Source: Chrysomallon squamiferum
Taxonomy: Eukaryota; Animalia; Mollusca
Direction: 5' to 3'
NCBI GenBank assembly: GCA_012295275.1
Contig: CM022670.1
Span: 35,464,001-35,528,000, forward strand
Length of the DNA stretch: 64,000 bases
The notes below the pieces were generated by a model that was given only the letters and a program-made list of their open reading frames with translations, was not told the origin of the DNA and did no database searches. Shown in pieces: positions 30,257 through 44,249 of this stretch. Position numbers and translations under genes: made by a program. Within the stretch, counting starts at the first letter, position 1; the number at the start of each line of letters is the position of its first letter.

Positions 30257-30952
30257 GTTTAGGAGATTTAACCAGTGATGAGTCACTTCGAATGACAGAT
30301 CTCTAACAACTATGATGTAGCAAAAAAACCTAACGATTTTCCAATTCTGGAATAACTGGAATAAATATCTTCGTCTTAATGCATACATTAATGTATAAAA
30401 GATTATGTTCCTATAGCAAATTAATTTTTCTCTGTAAACCTAGAAATTCAGAACCATCCTTTGAAATCTGAAATAACAATAGAAAAATGTTATACGACAT
30501 AATGTGGTTTTTCTTTTGTTTTCTTTTTACACATTTACCAATATACCCATATACAAATAAGAAGAAATGTAAAGGAAATCCTACTATAAAATGTATGTTA
30601 ATATATCTGATTGTATATCTGATTTATCAACGTCGCTAGAAACATAAAAATAAAACGAAAACCATTTCATTCAGGAAAGTTGTTCCAAGATTTTAATACG
30701 CAAAATTCAAATGAGGCCATCTATATATAACAACAAACATAAATATACGTTTTACAGTAACATGTGATTGTGAGCAAGTTAACAGAATGTAAAAACAGCC
30801 AACGGAGAAACAATTGCACCAAAAAAAAAAACCCATATAAGCAAGAAGCAGTATAATAAATATCCTAGATTTTCTTCACAGCTTAACACACAGGAATAGC
30901 ATTATTCATGAATGTTATTAAAAATGTTCACAATACCATACTGTCTATCTGT

Positions 30953-31000
<48 letters not shown>

Positions 31001-31666
31001 GTGTGAGAATACGGGTACACAAACCAATATAATAATATAAGTGTTTAATATGGATGTATACAGCTTTGTTAAAACTACGATCATTTTATAATAAGGAACG
31101 TAACAAAAATATAAAACACTTAAACTAGACGCTGTAGCAGATGTATAAGAAATGAAATTTGTTTTCTTCTTTAATGACATCAAATCTTTACTAAGTTTAT
31201 AATGTATGAAAGCATGTTCATGTTTGTGAATAATTTAATCTATCTATACATTTATTCAAACGTTGTGTAAACTGTTTATTAACATTCATTTTCAATCTAG
31301 GTAAGTAAAAATGGATGTATGCAGTTATGTATAAATAATAAACTACAGAGTATGTGCCGATATACGGATTCATGCTGAATAATATCTGGTGAATTCTGTA
31401 AGTAAGTTAAATGCTTATCTTCGTACATGACTGTGTGTGCGTGTTTGTTTCAGACGATATTCCTGTGGTGTTTCTCAAGTCGAGAAGTCGTGATAAACAA
31501 ACAACATTGCGACAGTAGTCATTTCTTCATAACAATTCTTTCTTATAAAACAGGCTGATTCTATCAATTACCCGAACCGAGGGACGGAAATATATGAATA
31601 TGCACATACATATACATATATACACATACACATATACCTATACCTATACATATACATATACATACA

Positions 31667-31734
<68 letters not shown>

Positions 31735-31770
31735 CATACATACATATATATATACACACACACGCACATA

Positions 31771-31807
<37 letters not shown>

Positions 31808-31811
<4 letters not shown>

Positions 31812-32094
31812 TGGTATGTTTCAGTAAAAATGGTTTCCCTGTTACAATAATTTTCACAGTCACCGTATGAATATTACATAATTACAGTAATACCTTTTCG
31901 TATTAATAATTTGTTTACATACATACATATATATATATATATACACACACACGCACATATATGTTGTATATGTATATGTTTACAGTGTTGGTATGTTTCA
32001 GTAAAAATGGTTTCCCTGTTACAATAATTTTCACAGTCACCGTATGAATATTACATAATTACAGTAATACCTTTTCGTATTAATAATTTGTTTA
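31808..32094. repeat. Local tandem duplication: two identical 110-bp copies, period 177 bp
   Basis: gtgttggtatgtttcagtaaaaatgg...taataatttgttta occurs at 31808-31917 and 31985-32094, each preceded by a similar TA/CA tract. Confidence 0.92.
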
Positions 32095-34383
32095 TTAATA
32101 AATTCATTTTTTAGATTTCTAGTGCCGTGTCTTATGACACTGGCGTGTTATATAAAAAAACAGTCAGTCCATTTAAATATATTAAAACATGGCTGAAATT
32201 AGTGTAACAAATGACACCTCATGGTATAAGTTTAACAGGGAATTAAAAATATGGTGTCAATATGGAGGTGAACTCCCCCAAAATATGCACCATGATTGGA
32301 ATGGGTTTCAGTCCAGTGGAACTGAAAATTAAATGTAATATTAAAAAAGGAAAAAAAAAAAATTAGAAAATCTATTTTTACGAAATCTACATTGCTTGAA
32401 AATGAGCACAGTATACATGCATACATCGTAAATTTTGTTACGTTAATTACATCAAAAAAGGTGTTTTAAGAAGAAAGAAATGTTTAAGCATTGTATAAAT
32501 CAATAGATATAGTATTTATTTAAAAAATCAAGTTAATAGTAGTATTAATTCTGCAATGAAGAAACTGATGGCAGACAAAATAAAAAAAGTAGGTGAAATA
32601 TCATAATTTTATATATATTTTAATCCTAAAAAACCAAAAAACGTTATATTTCTATTTCAATAATAACAATTAACTGTCAGTACATATATCAAAGTCTTAT
32701 ATGAATAAAGCTTTTTTAAATTAAAACAGAAATAAAATTAAAAACAGAAACAGGAGAAAAAAAATTGTAATGACATGAAAAGACAAGCACGTCAAACATT
32801 TTTCTTTGCGACGTTTCAATTAAATTGTGTGGTATTTTTTTAAAACGTAGTTATGTAATATAATAATTACATATAATTTTAATCTGAATTTTTTTTTTAT
32901 ATATATATATATAGAAGCAGTAAGAAAAAATCCTGTATATATATATATTATTTCCTCATGATTAAATTCTCTCTATTGCGCAGATGCTTGGAATGTTGTT
33001 TTGTCATAGGAGAATATAATAACCTCATCACTGAAAGCCTTATATTTTTATATCTCATCATTTTCACTGTATCCCATCTAAACAAATGCTGGTGTTATTT
33101 TTATTTTTATTTTTATTTTTATTTTTACAATAACTGAACTGAATGTTTACGATGATAAACTTCATTTTGCATTCACATATTGCACACAAAAACATATACA
33201 TATACATCCACGGAATTATATCTATAAGCATTTTGATTCTAATGAAAAAGAAGATGAAGAAGAAGAAGATTAATAATAAATGAATAAATAAAAAATAAAA
33301 ACGTGTATAAAAAAAAATGTTCCCCAGATACTTTACATGAAGCAATTGTAAATAAGATTTGATTATTATTATTTTGTTTCCCTCTGGGAGTTAAAAAAAC
33401 TTTTTAAAAACGTCTGAAATCTAAAATCAATTATAAAAATACAAAAATTATATATAGGAATTATTTGTTTCGACATTTAGGATTAAAGTTTCAAAAATGT
33501 TACATAAATGTGTACATAAATCAGTTTCAAAATGTTTTAATTCATGAAAAAAAAAGAAAAAAAAAAAAAACACACACACACACTAATACTATTGCTTGGG
33601 AATAACACACGGTACAACGTAACACTATTATGGCATGTCAAGAAATCAGAGTTAAGGTCCCTGTTGAAATTTTTATTTCATTCTTATTTTAAATTTGTTG
33701 ATATAATTCACGGTTAGTTATTTTCATAATTGTTATACGCATCTTAACTCAAATAGTCAGTAGTAGTCCATTCAATAGCCATAGTCCTATATTTTGTAAT
33801 AGTCCATTCAAATAGTCAAGATCATCTCTATTGTAATAAATAGTCCATGCAATAGCCACAGTAATATAAATTATTTTATTACATGGCTATAATCCACCAG
33901 ACAAGTAGAGATCATTATGTTATATGACGGGTTTTGAATGTACTCAGTAAGCCATAATGAGATTTTTAAAATAATATTATCCCATCTAAAAGCAGATCTA
34001 ATAACAGTTTTAAAATTCCATCCAAAGAGCTATGTAAAAAATAAATATAACAAATCAGTACCAAACCTTATTATTATACAGGCTATAGCCATAAAAACCC
34101 ATATTTAATAAATGATTATCAACTCATAAAGGATAAAACACAGATTCATAATTTATGTACATATATATCAAAATAAAATAATAATAATAATAACAAAAGC
34201 ACACATGACTTAATATTGCACAAGTTAGGAATGACGTTGACGATGATGTATATTCAAATCATAAATTAAATATTGAGAAAACGAAAACAAAAACATGAGC
34301 TGCTGCCCGCTAGCAGATGTTGTACTGTGGTAAGAATGGTCTGAAAAGTCGTGATGTAATAATGATGACGTGCGCACGTTCGA

Positions 34384-35415
34384 CTATACACTGGTGAGTC
34401 TTTCCGTTACCTCCGTGTCTAAGACCAACGCACCCGACGAAACGACGGCGGTTTTAACCGTCTCCACAGTCGTTACCAAAGCGGTGCTTTCGGCGTTCGC
34501 CGTCGTCACCAGGAAATCCGCCGAGTTGCTCACCAGTTCGACCGACGGCGTTTTCCTCACTGGCAACGACTTCGCGTCCTCTTGAACCGAAGCGGAACTT
34601 TTCACATGGTCCACGTTCGAAGTTTTCACTATTGTCGTAACCTCTTTTGATTCGTGCTGCACGACCAGCTTCACCGACTGATGAGTGCTCTCCTCCTGCA
34701 CGCGTGTTCTTGTCAAAACGTCTTCCTCGTGGCTGGAGAAGCTCACTTTGGAGGTTTCTTTCGTCGTCTCGACGCTTGAACTGGACGTTTCTTCCGTCTT
34801 AACGTCCGTCGTGGAACCGCGTTCCTTGACGCTGCTGGAGACGGTGAGCGTTGACGTCTCTGTGCTCGGCTGAACGTAAGAAAGAGGCACCGCCGAATCA
34901 GCCGAGCTCGCTTCTTTCTGCACGACAACGTCCACGCCGTCGCTCGACCTGCTCGCGACCTCTCGCTCCTCCGCCAGCTCTTTCTCGTGCGACCCGCTGC
35001 TCTGGTCGCCAGGCGCGCCCGACGACGACATTCCGCCGCTGCACACGGAGGTGCCGTCGTGGTGCCAGCCGCTCGTCTCGGACACCGCTCTGGCGTTGCC
35101 GTCGGCGTCCAACCTGGTGAGGTCTGAACTCGTAGATGCTTCCCAGGCGAATGCTCTCCGCTTCGCTGACGTACAGGTTCTCTTTGCTGGGCGAGAGGAG
35201 CATTTTCTCCTGGGACGTTCTCGAAAGGTCACTTTTGCTGCCCATGGCGCTTTTGTGCGCCGGTGTCTGCATCTCCTGAGGGACGCAGATGTAGACGGGG
35301 CGGTACAGAATCTCTTTGTCTGTCTCCGGGTCCTGGTCGTCACCCATGTACACCTGCCCCAGCTGGAACTCGGAGCTCGTGTACATTCCTCCTTCGACGT
35401 AATCAGCAGCAACGT
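34384..35415 (-). CDS. ARRDC-like terminal exon with a long Ser/Thr/Glu/Val-rich tail, split across two frames
   Basis: aaccag|AC GTT GCT GCT gives DVAADYVEGGMYTSSEFQLGQVYMGDDQDPETDKEILYRPVYICVP in the spliced frame, which stops at 34898 after an Arg-rich stretch. GC-rich coding-like sequence continues in the +1 frame to ...EVTERLTSV* at 34384. Confidence 0.8.
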   Translation of the reverse strand, partial: TLLLITSKEECTRAPSSSWGRCTWVTTRTRRQTKRFCTAPSTSASLRRCRHRRTKAPWAAKVTFRERPRRKCSSRPAKRTCTSAKRRAFAWEASTSSDLTRLDADGNARAVSETSGWHHDGTSVCSGGMSSSGAPGDQSSGSHEKELAEEREVASRSSDGVDVVVQKEASSADSAVPLSYVQPSTETSTLTVSSSVKERGSTTDVKTEETSSSSVETTKETSKVSFSSHEEDVLTRTRVQEESTHQSVKLVVQHESKEVTTIVKTSNVDHVKSSASVQEDAKSLPVRKTPSVELVSNSADFLVTTANAESTALVTTVETVKTAVVSSGALVLDTEVTERLTSV

Positions 35416-35562
35416 CTGGTTAAGAAAAGGAAAAACTGTCGTAATATAACAGTAGGGAACCAAAAAACTGACTGTTCAGTTTTTACGATAAACCAACTCA
35501 AATGTCTTAGATTTTAATTTTTGTCCATTTTTGTTTTATTATTATTGTTGTTATTATTATTC

Positions 35563-35624
<62 letters not shown>

Positions 35625-35834
35625 TGTTATTTTTCATATGTAAAATTTTATTTATTTATTTATTTAGTTAGTTAGTTACATGGTTATTAACCGAATGGAA
35701 AAGTTTAAAATTATATTTGGATAATTATAATGTTAATATTTTTACAGTAACAATAATAATTATTTTTCACAATAATAATAATAAGTATCCCATAATAATA
35801 ATGTAATTTTATTTATTTATTTATTTATATACTT

Positions 35835-35933
<99 letters not shown>

Positions 35934-36507
35934 ATAATCAATAATTTGAAATAAATAATTACGTAAATTTATATTAGTCTCCTGAATTTTAGAAATACAA
36001 TGTGACTGAATTCTGGGATAGAAGTGAAGAGCAGAAATTTCACATGAAAATAAATTGTCTCCCCTTCAAAGAGTTCAGATATTCGAATCGAAAATTGCTC
36101 AGTATTTTTCAATAGTGAAAACAACGGTTTCGAAAATCATACAGAAACAAATACATCTATTATATTCTAAAATGAACTCTATCATCTACGATTTAAGAAA
36201 ACAGAATTATTTTAATTTTGAAAATAATGTAACACATTAAACAATCCATTCACTTTTCTTTAAATATATTAAAATTATAACTTGATATTCTTCATTTTTA
36301 TTTTTTTTTTTTTTTTTTTTTTTTTCGTCATTGCCAAAAGTATAATTTCAAAGAAAACTTTGAAATGTTTGGAAAATGAATAAATGCAATCGAAAATATT
36401 ATCGCTATCACAACCCTGCACAATATTTTGAAAACAGCACGCAATCTTATTCTTCAATTCTCCCATCTTCTAACAGACAACGTTTTAAGCTATTTGTAGC
36501 TGCCTAC

Positions 36508-36619
36508 CGTACTGAATAGCTGGCACCGAGGTACTCGGTATTCGAAACGGAACTGTGGCTATTGTTACTGGTATTTCTATTTCTAATGTTTCACCAGAAT
36601 TTTCAGACTCCAAAGACAC
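36508..36619 (-). CDS. ARRDC-like exon 6
   Basis: ttcag|GTG TCT TTG...CAG TAC G|gtagg; encodes VSLESENSGETLEIEIPVTIATVPFRIPSTSVPAIQY, the end of Arrestin_C (IPVTIxTVP). Confidence 0.93.
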
Positions 36620-36658
36620 CTGAAATAAATTATATGTTTCAAATTTAAACGACACAAC

Positions 36659-36713
<55 letters not shown>

Positions 36714-36812
36714 TATACACACACACATACACATATTACACAGTCACACACATTTTACCGCTATTAAGAAACCGTTAGTGAATTAGTTTCCTACTGCATT
36801 TTGATGTTTATT

Positions 36813-36858
<46 letters not shown>

Positions 36859-37037
36859 TGTGTGTTTTTAAATTTGTCTTCACACCTGCGTAGGTCATAC
36901 CTTGACATATGACCATACTTTGAATTTGTGTTGTTGTTGTTGTTGTTGTTTCTTTTTTTGGTGGGTGTTGATGGCAGTATTGGTACATAATAAAACAACT
37001 GTAGAGCTCCTGGTACGTTTGCTAATTCAGCACCTAC

Positions 37038-37240
37038 CCTGAGAGCATAATAGATCTGAACCAAGCCGCACACGTCGACCAGAGTCGGTGGCATGACAGG
37101 CACCTGCAGCTGATACTGCAAGTCCTCAAACGTCATCGTTGTGTGTGGGGGTCTATCTGGGGCGTCTCTATCTGCATCACTGTGTGTCGCAGTTCTTTAG
37201 TCAGTCCAAGAACGCCCTTGTTGATGAAGTATTCAACATA
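37038..37240 (-). CDS. ARRDC-like exon 5, containing an apparent frameshift
   Basis: ttgcag|TAT GTT GAA...CTC AGG|gtagg. Reads YVEYFINKGVLGLTKELRHTVMQIETPQIDPHT, then TMTFEDLQYQLQVPVMPPTLVDVCGLVQIYYALR in another frame. Length is 203 nt although both flanking introns are phase 0. Confidence 0.88.
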
Positions 37241-37252
37241 CTGCAAGAGAGA

Positions 37253-37291
<39 letters not shown>

Positions 37292-37700
37292 CACAGTTTA
37301 TATTTATCATCTGTTGACACACGCATCATTTTTTCAAACACGTTCGTCGTTTCATAGAAAAGAGTGTCTGTGAGATTAACGCTAAAATTGTCTTATATTC
37401 ATGATCGTCATCATTGTTATTTTATTTGATTTAATTTTATTTTTTTTATTTTATTTTATATTTATTTTTATTTATTTATTTATTTATTTAAAGATTAGCA
37501 CTAATTCTTGCTTTCTAAAAAAAAATTCAATATTTTATTTAGTTATTAAAATTATATACTGGTGTCATATAATAACAACAGCAACAATAACAATAACAAA
37601 AAGTGGAAGAAGAAGAAGAAGAAGATCAACAACAACCATAAGCAACTCCATTGTGTTATATGCCAGACATAGCTAATCTGCATATTTATCCCGATCTAAC

Positions 37701-37880
37701 CTGAATCATTTTGCAGACGACCCACATGTCCTCGTTTGTCCCGTTCTGCACCTCCACTTTGAGCTTGACGCTTTCCCCTGAACAGTAGGCCGATCTCTCT
37801 AGCGTGCCTTTGAGCGCCAGCGGACCCGTTCCAAAACACAGACAGCACGGGTTTCGTTTCTTTTCTGCCGTCACGGGACT
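37701..37880 (-). CDS. ARRDC-like exon 4, start of Arrestin_C
   Basis: ctgcag|AGT CCC...ATT CAG|gttag; 180 nt; encodes [60 protein letters not shown]. Confidence 0.95.
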
Positions 37881-37945
37881 CTGCAGAAAAAAACAAACAA
37901 TTATCAGTCTGACTACCGTGCTAGTTATTTTCAATAATAAATGAA

Positions 37946-38150
<205 letters not shown>

Positions 38151-39073
38151 ACATGCATATACTCATACATACATACATAAATTTAAAAAAATGAGTAAGT
38201 AAATAAATAACAAAATGAATGAATGACTGAATGATATTAAATAAAACATAAAAAATAAATAAATAAACAAAATAAAATAAAATAATAATAAACGAGGAAA
38301 ATAAATACTCAAAACTTTACTGTAAATTAAAGATATGAAAGCCTGTAAATACATCTTACTGACAGCTGTAAGGCGTCAAACATTATACATTGTTTAAATT
38401 ATTATTTATTTATTTATTTGTTTATTTAATTTTAAATTTAATTTTAATTTTTTACGCCCTATCCAATGGACAAAACCTTGGTTTTTAATAAACCAACTGC
38501 AGAGCATTGGTTAGAATGGACAATATCCGAATGTGAGCTACAAAGAGAACTGAACCTGTCCCATACAGTTCTAATCAGTGAGTTGGTAACTATGAATTCA
38601 TTTTAAAATAAACAAATATTACGGCGTTATTTGAAAAAGACTGTTATAGACAAAATAACTTGAGCGTTAGATATACAAATTAAAATTTATTTATAGAATA
38701 TAATTCCTCAAACCTTGAAGATTGTGCTGCAAAAGCTTTTAAGAAAAAGATTAAACATTTCACAAATTTCCCTGAACAGTTCTATAGCAACTGAATATAA
38801 ATCTGTTATTTTTATAATTAATATATATATTAATATATCCTCAGGAATATAATAATAATAACAACAACAAGAACAGCAACAACAATAATAATTATAACAA
38901 GCAAATATCTTTCACTTTACAGAGAAAATGGCAGCATCCATACATTTTTGTAAGCTTTTATCTTATTGTCCATACTTTATTATTAGCAAAGGATGGAACT
39001 AATTGGAAATATATTTGCTTATATTCCATAATCTGTACAGTTTAACATGTTGTAAAAATATGTTCCATCTTAC

Positions 39074-39306
39074 CAGAAATCGCTCATCCATGCAGTCTAT
39101 ATGCGGCCCGATTATCGTGAAATATTTGATTCCTTGTGGGCACGATGCATATGGTATGTCGATGGTTACCCGTATGTAATAGCGAATTGTCCCGATTTTG
39201 CTTTCAAATGAACAAGGTAGATTACTCTCGGGCAGTTTGAACTGGAACGGATATCTGTGGTTGCCCCGAGGCAGTATGGGTATTGGTCCACTGATGTCAC
39301 TCTTTT
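39074..39306 (-). CDS. ARRDC-like exon 3 (this frame is not in the ORF track)
   Basis: tacag|AA AAG AGT...TTT CTG|gtaag; encodes KSDISGPIPILPRGNHRYPFQFKLPESNLPCSFESKIGTIRYYIRVTIDIPYASCPQGIKYFTIIGPHIDCMDERFL, containing the Arrestin_N hallmark GxHxYPFxFxLP..LPxSF..G.IRY. Confidence 0.96.
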
Positions 39307-39839
39307 CTGTAATATAAAAAAACAGGAGAATAGTACTTTTACGGTGAGAAATGGTCGAGTGAGCAATGGCGAATGGTAAAAAAAGAAAATAGTTAAATTA
39401 ACAAAACCGTATTTAATATGCATTTTCTAATAACGGAATAATAACATAATCTATATTCTTGTGAAAAATAAACTTTATTTATTTATTTATTTATTTAGTT
39501 AGTTTCATTTAGAAACTCCAATAAATTAATATATCATATTAATGATGTTATTATACAAATCAAGTCGGAAGAGGTTCTTGATGTAATCATTTCAAAATTT
39601 TCACCAAGCACGTATGCCATTAGAATCATTTGTCATAATTAATATTTAAAGCCGAAAATTAACTCAGCAATCACTGCTTCAGTTTGCTTTTGTGTATGTC
39701 TAGAGGGGAAAAAAAAAATGCTCTACTGATTCCAAGACTGGACAAAGGCACATATTTTAATAGTTCACGATTTTAGATGGAGGCAAATTTCAATCATTTT
39801 CAAGTCTAGACAGTAAGTCAGGTTTAATAGCCAGATATG

Positions 39840-40570
39840 TGCGATCGACTGTGTCTTAACAGTTTATGAATAGATAGATATACATGCTTGAATAGTTTCC
39901 GAGTATAACAGAGCTTAGATGAATGTACAGATTAGTTTGCTATGATATTACATGCTGTGGTTTGTAAATATGATGCTAGCAGTGTTCTGATAGCTTGTGG
40001 AGTCTAGATTGAGAAATATGTGTTAACAGTTTGCGAGCAGAGTCTGACCTATATGCTTTGATAATTTGCGAAGCATATTTTTAACTGTTTGCGACGCATA
40101 TAAGTCTGTTTGTTTCTGGGTTGTAAAAATAAAAATAAACAATAGAACAAACTATTTAAATGTAAGTGAGACTTGAATGATCCATGTGTTTGAACATTTG
40201 TGACTTTTAATATTTTTTGAATTTCGTCGGAGATACAGGTTTTTTTTTTTTAATTTGCGAGTATCAGAAGAGGTACATTTTTAATCTTTTGAGGATCTAG
40301 GCGACATGATATGAGTTTCAGTAATTTGATATTTTAGGAGACATATTTTACAACAGTTTGCTAAGTCTAGAGTCAAAGATCTGTTTTAACAGTGTGCCAG
40401 TTTACAGGAGGCAACATTAACCTGACTGGCGAGTCAAAACAGAGGCACGCATTTCAACAGTTTTAACAGTTTGCGATTTTTACATGGAGATATTTGTCTT
40501 AATAGTTTCCCCTGCAGTTTATTTTGTTTTAAATTTACAAGAGGTAGTTTTGTTTTGATAGTTTACCAGA
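39840..40570. repeat. Old degenerate tandem repeat in ARRDC intron 2
   Basis: Motif close to ttaacagtttgcga...tctaga recurs every ~30-40 bp with heavy divergence; boundaries approximate. Confidence 0.5.
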
Positions 40571-40633
40571 CTGAACACAGTCACGTGTTTTGAGGGGACA
40601 TTCTAAAGCTTAATCTTTAATTTATATACTTAC

Positions 40634-40756
40634 CTTTGCCCCAGATGGTCTTTCTCTCGTCTATGTATGATTCGTCCTGTTTCACAGTCCTTCTCTCGCC
40701 TGCTCGCGTTATTTTCCATTCTGCATGAGCTTTGCCTCTCACGTGCAGACGAATTC
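40634..40756 (-). CDS. ARRDC-like exon 2
   Basis: tcag|GA ATT CGT...GGC AAA G|gtaagt; encodes IRLHVRGKAHAEWKITRAGERRTVKQDESYIDERKTIWGK; phase 1-1. Confidence 0.93.
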
Positions 40757-41066
40757 CTGAGTAACAGTAAAAATTAAAATTAACTACGTGCATCTGAACA
40801 CACAGGGGTTTAATTTCTACCTGCATTAATATATTATAACTTTTACATTACAATGACTACGTTTTTTTGTGTGTTTCTTTTTTTTGTTAATGTTTTTTTT
40901 ATTTCTCTGAACAAAATCAATACTAAAACCATATTTCTAAGTGTTAGATTTCGGTGTGTTGTAATGTTAACATGCAGTAAATTCTTTAATATTAATGCGA
41001 AATATTTTTGTTTGTTTGTTATTATTATTAGTAGTAGTAGCAGCAGCAGCAGCAGTAGTAACAAAT

Positions 41067-41114
<48 letters not shown>

Positions 41115-41259
41115 CTTATCGTAGCTGCAGTAGCAACAGTGATGATCGTGATAACACATCACTATTTTTCGAAACAATCCACCCAACCTTACCCCCAAAA
41201 CACACATTTTACTGTGCACCCCATCGAAATCACTTCTTTATTCTGAAAAGCTATCTCAC

Positions 41260-41374
41260 CTTGAACCCTGATATTTTCAGAATTCTGCACTATGACATCC
41301 CCACTGAGGAACTCGCCTGCATAACACAAGTCCTTTTCCAGCTCGATGTCAAATTTGTGAATGAAATCCATCAT
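41260..41374 (-). CDS. Alpha-arrestin (ARRDC-like), first coding exon
   Basis: MMDFIHKFDIELEKDLCYAGEFLSGDVIVQNSENIRVQ G|gtgag; Arrestin_N start motif (YxxGExxSGxV). An acceptor at about 41497 implies an upstream non-coding exon. Confidence 0.9.
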
Positions 41375-41519
41375 TTAAACTGTTCGGTCGCAGCCCTTCT
41401 TCGCCACGTAGCTGACAAATCATTGACTTTCACTGAAGAAATATCATCTCTGGCGTCTACTGTTAATACTGCAGTCTGTAGTCTTTACTGTAACCCCTAG
41501 AAAAAAAAAAATAAAACAT

Positions 41520-41940
41520 TATATTTATTGTTAAGAATAGAATAGAACCAAATATTTACTTCTGTCTGTAGAATAAACAAAAAATATTATTTAATATTAC
41601 CTGTAGAAAATAACAAAGTCATATTTGGTGTTAACTATAAAATAAAACGAAATATCAACTTCTGTCTGAAGAATAAAGAAAATAATCTTTAGCGTTATCT
41701 CTAGAAAATAACAAAACAATATTTACTGTTAAGTATAGAATAAAATAAAAAATATTTATAAAATAATGTTTACCTGTTATCTGTAGAATATAATATAAAT
41801 AATGTTTACCATCATGTGTCGAATATAATAAAGATAACATTTACCGTAATATCTAGAATAAACCAAAATAATGTGTATTCTTACATGCAAAAAATAAAAG
41901 CTGTAACATTTACTGTTTTCTCTCGAATAAAACAAAATAC
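41520..41940. repeat. Degenerate ~30-35-bp tandem repeat next to the ARRDC first-coding-exon acceptor
   Basis: Motif close to atatttactgttatctgtagaataaaacaaaa recurs roughly a dozen times; boundaries approximate. Confidence 0.55.
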
Positions 41941-43565
41941 AGATTATTTAAAGAAGCATTAAACTTTTCTTTAAAGGTTACAACAGAAAATCTAATAAAA
42001 CTGGATCATTAAGCTATGAAAAATAATTTATTTTTGCAAACGCTTTGATTAGAGAGATGAAAGAGAAATTACTAAAATAAATCTAAGCTGCTTTTTTAAA
42101 AGAAATCATAATTATATTTATATAAAATTAATCTGACTCTACAATTGATTTTTTTTTTTCTAAAGGAATATAAGTGTCAGTGCTTGCATAAGTATATTAT
42201 ATATTTGTATCACACACACACACATATACACACAAATATATTCTAATACATACCCACGCACACATATTCACACATAAACACACACCCACACGTATGCACA
42301 CATACACATACATATATGTGTGTATGTGTGTATCTGTATATATATATATATATATATACATACATACATACATACATACATACATACATACATACATACA
42401 TACATACAAACATGAGAGAAATTCGTTTACTAGGATTTCTACGTGTTCATTAAATCTTTCAAGCAACAAATAAAATAATAAACACATTCAGATACCTTTT
42501 ATCGATTAGTAAGAAAAGATATTTTATAAACACCATGCTATGGAAAAGATTAAAAAAAAAATAAAAAATAAAAAAATGCTTTACGACTCCAGCTGGAACA
42601 GAAAACTTTGTGACCTCTCTTTCGAAGAAAGAAAATAGGTGCATCTGGACTAAATGAAAAATGGCCTGAATTTTAATAATCCATAACAGAGATGATTTAT
42701 ATGAGAACAAAATATATTCAGATTTTTTTTTTTTTTTAATGTTTTCTTTTGTTTTATTTATATTTCGTTATTATTCAAGACCGGACGGCAACAAACACAA
42801 AAAAAAAACAAGAAAAAAAGAGAAAAAAAAAAACATAACTCATAAGTATGCGTAGGATATATTTACACTATTTCATCATATTGCTGTAACGTAAACTCAT
42901 AGACCTAACTAGATCGTTTATAATTATCAACACAGATTGATTTCAAAACGAGGTAAACATTATTAACACACGTACAAAAAGGTCACTCTTTTTCGTTTAC
43001 GGTTTTAAGAATAAATCTTTATAATTTTGGAGTGAATTTAAGAACGAAAATAAAATAATAAAAAAAAGGAAGAAGAAGAAGCAATATGCATCAGAATCCG
43101 TGTTACGTCAGCTTTTACTGATTACGTTGTCTCGAATGAATGCTTTGCATAAATGATAAATTGTCCTGCGTACACAAAAGTCTGCAGCTTCCAGCCACGT
43201 TAATGAAAATATTCCTGCACAAATCCATGTCTTATTCGGTTATTTATGTGTGGCATTCAGCCAAACAGAAAGCAAAATTCTCGTGGTTCCAAGAAACCGG
43301 TAATTATTCTTCGATTCGGAACAGAAATCATAAAACTGTGGAGAATTATAATTTGTGTGCGATCAAAATGAAGATAAATCTTCTAAAGCTGATTTGCGTC
43401 CTTGCCTTATGTTTACAATGAAATAATATTTACATCACAAACACACACACACACACACACAAACGTACGCACACGTATATGTATGTATGTATGAATATGT
43501 TTATATATATATATATGTGTGTGTGTGTGTTGTGTGTATATACATACATGTATAACATTACTTGC

Positions 43566-43596
<31 letters not shown>

Positions 43597-44014
43597 CACA
43601 CACATACATACGTACATGCATACATACACACGCACACGCATACACACATGTATACATCATATATACATCATATATACATCATATATACATCATCAGTGCA
43701 TACAATGATAACGCTACAAATAAGGAAATGACTTATAAAGAGGAATTAATATAAATAAAGCAGAAATACTTAACCTATATAACCATACATTAATAAATGT
43801 GTAATAAATAACTTACTGCTAATATAAACAAGAAAAAAGAAAAAAAAGAAAAAAAAATATTCAGTAAAAAAACATAAATACGAGAATTACTTATCATGGC
43901 GTTCACACGCTGTTCAGACATGTAGTACGAATGTATACATTTCTTAATAATCTGCATAGACAGACATTGACATTTCCATAATTCAGTTTCGAAAAAACCA
44001 ACAAAAAACCCACA

Positions 44015-44066
<52 letters not shown>

Positions 44067-44249
44067 AATATATTTATATTTCGTACCACGGGAATGAGGA
44101 AACAAAATTTTAAGAAAATATAACTGTTATTATTATTATTATTGTTATTATTATTATTAGTAGTAGTAGTAGTAGTAACAGCAGCAATGGCGGTGGAGGT
44201 GGTAGTAGTAATAGTGATACTAGCAGTAGTAGCAATAGTGGTGGTTGTA

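Noticed and set aside
35215-35235. ACC TTT CGA resembling the UCC_UUU_CG +1 frameshift motif in the ARRDC last exon
   Set aside because: It is in the destination frame, not the frame being translated, so it cannot drive the needed shift.
35130-37150. Idea that the two ARRDC frameshifts compensate each other
   Set aside because: A TGA follows the first shift almost at once, and the sequence between the shifts is conserved in the original frame.
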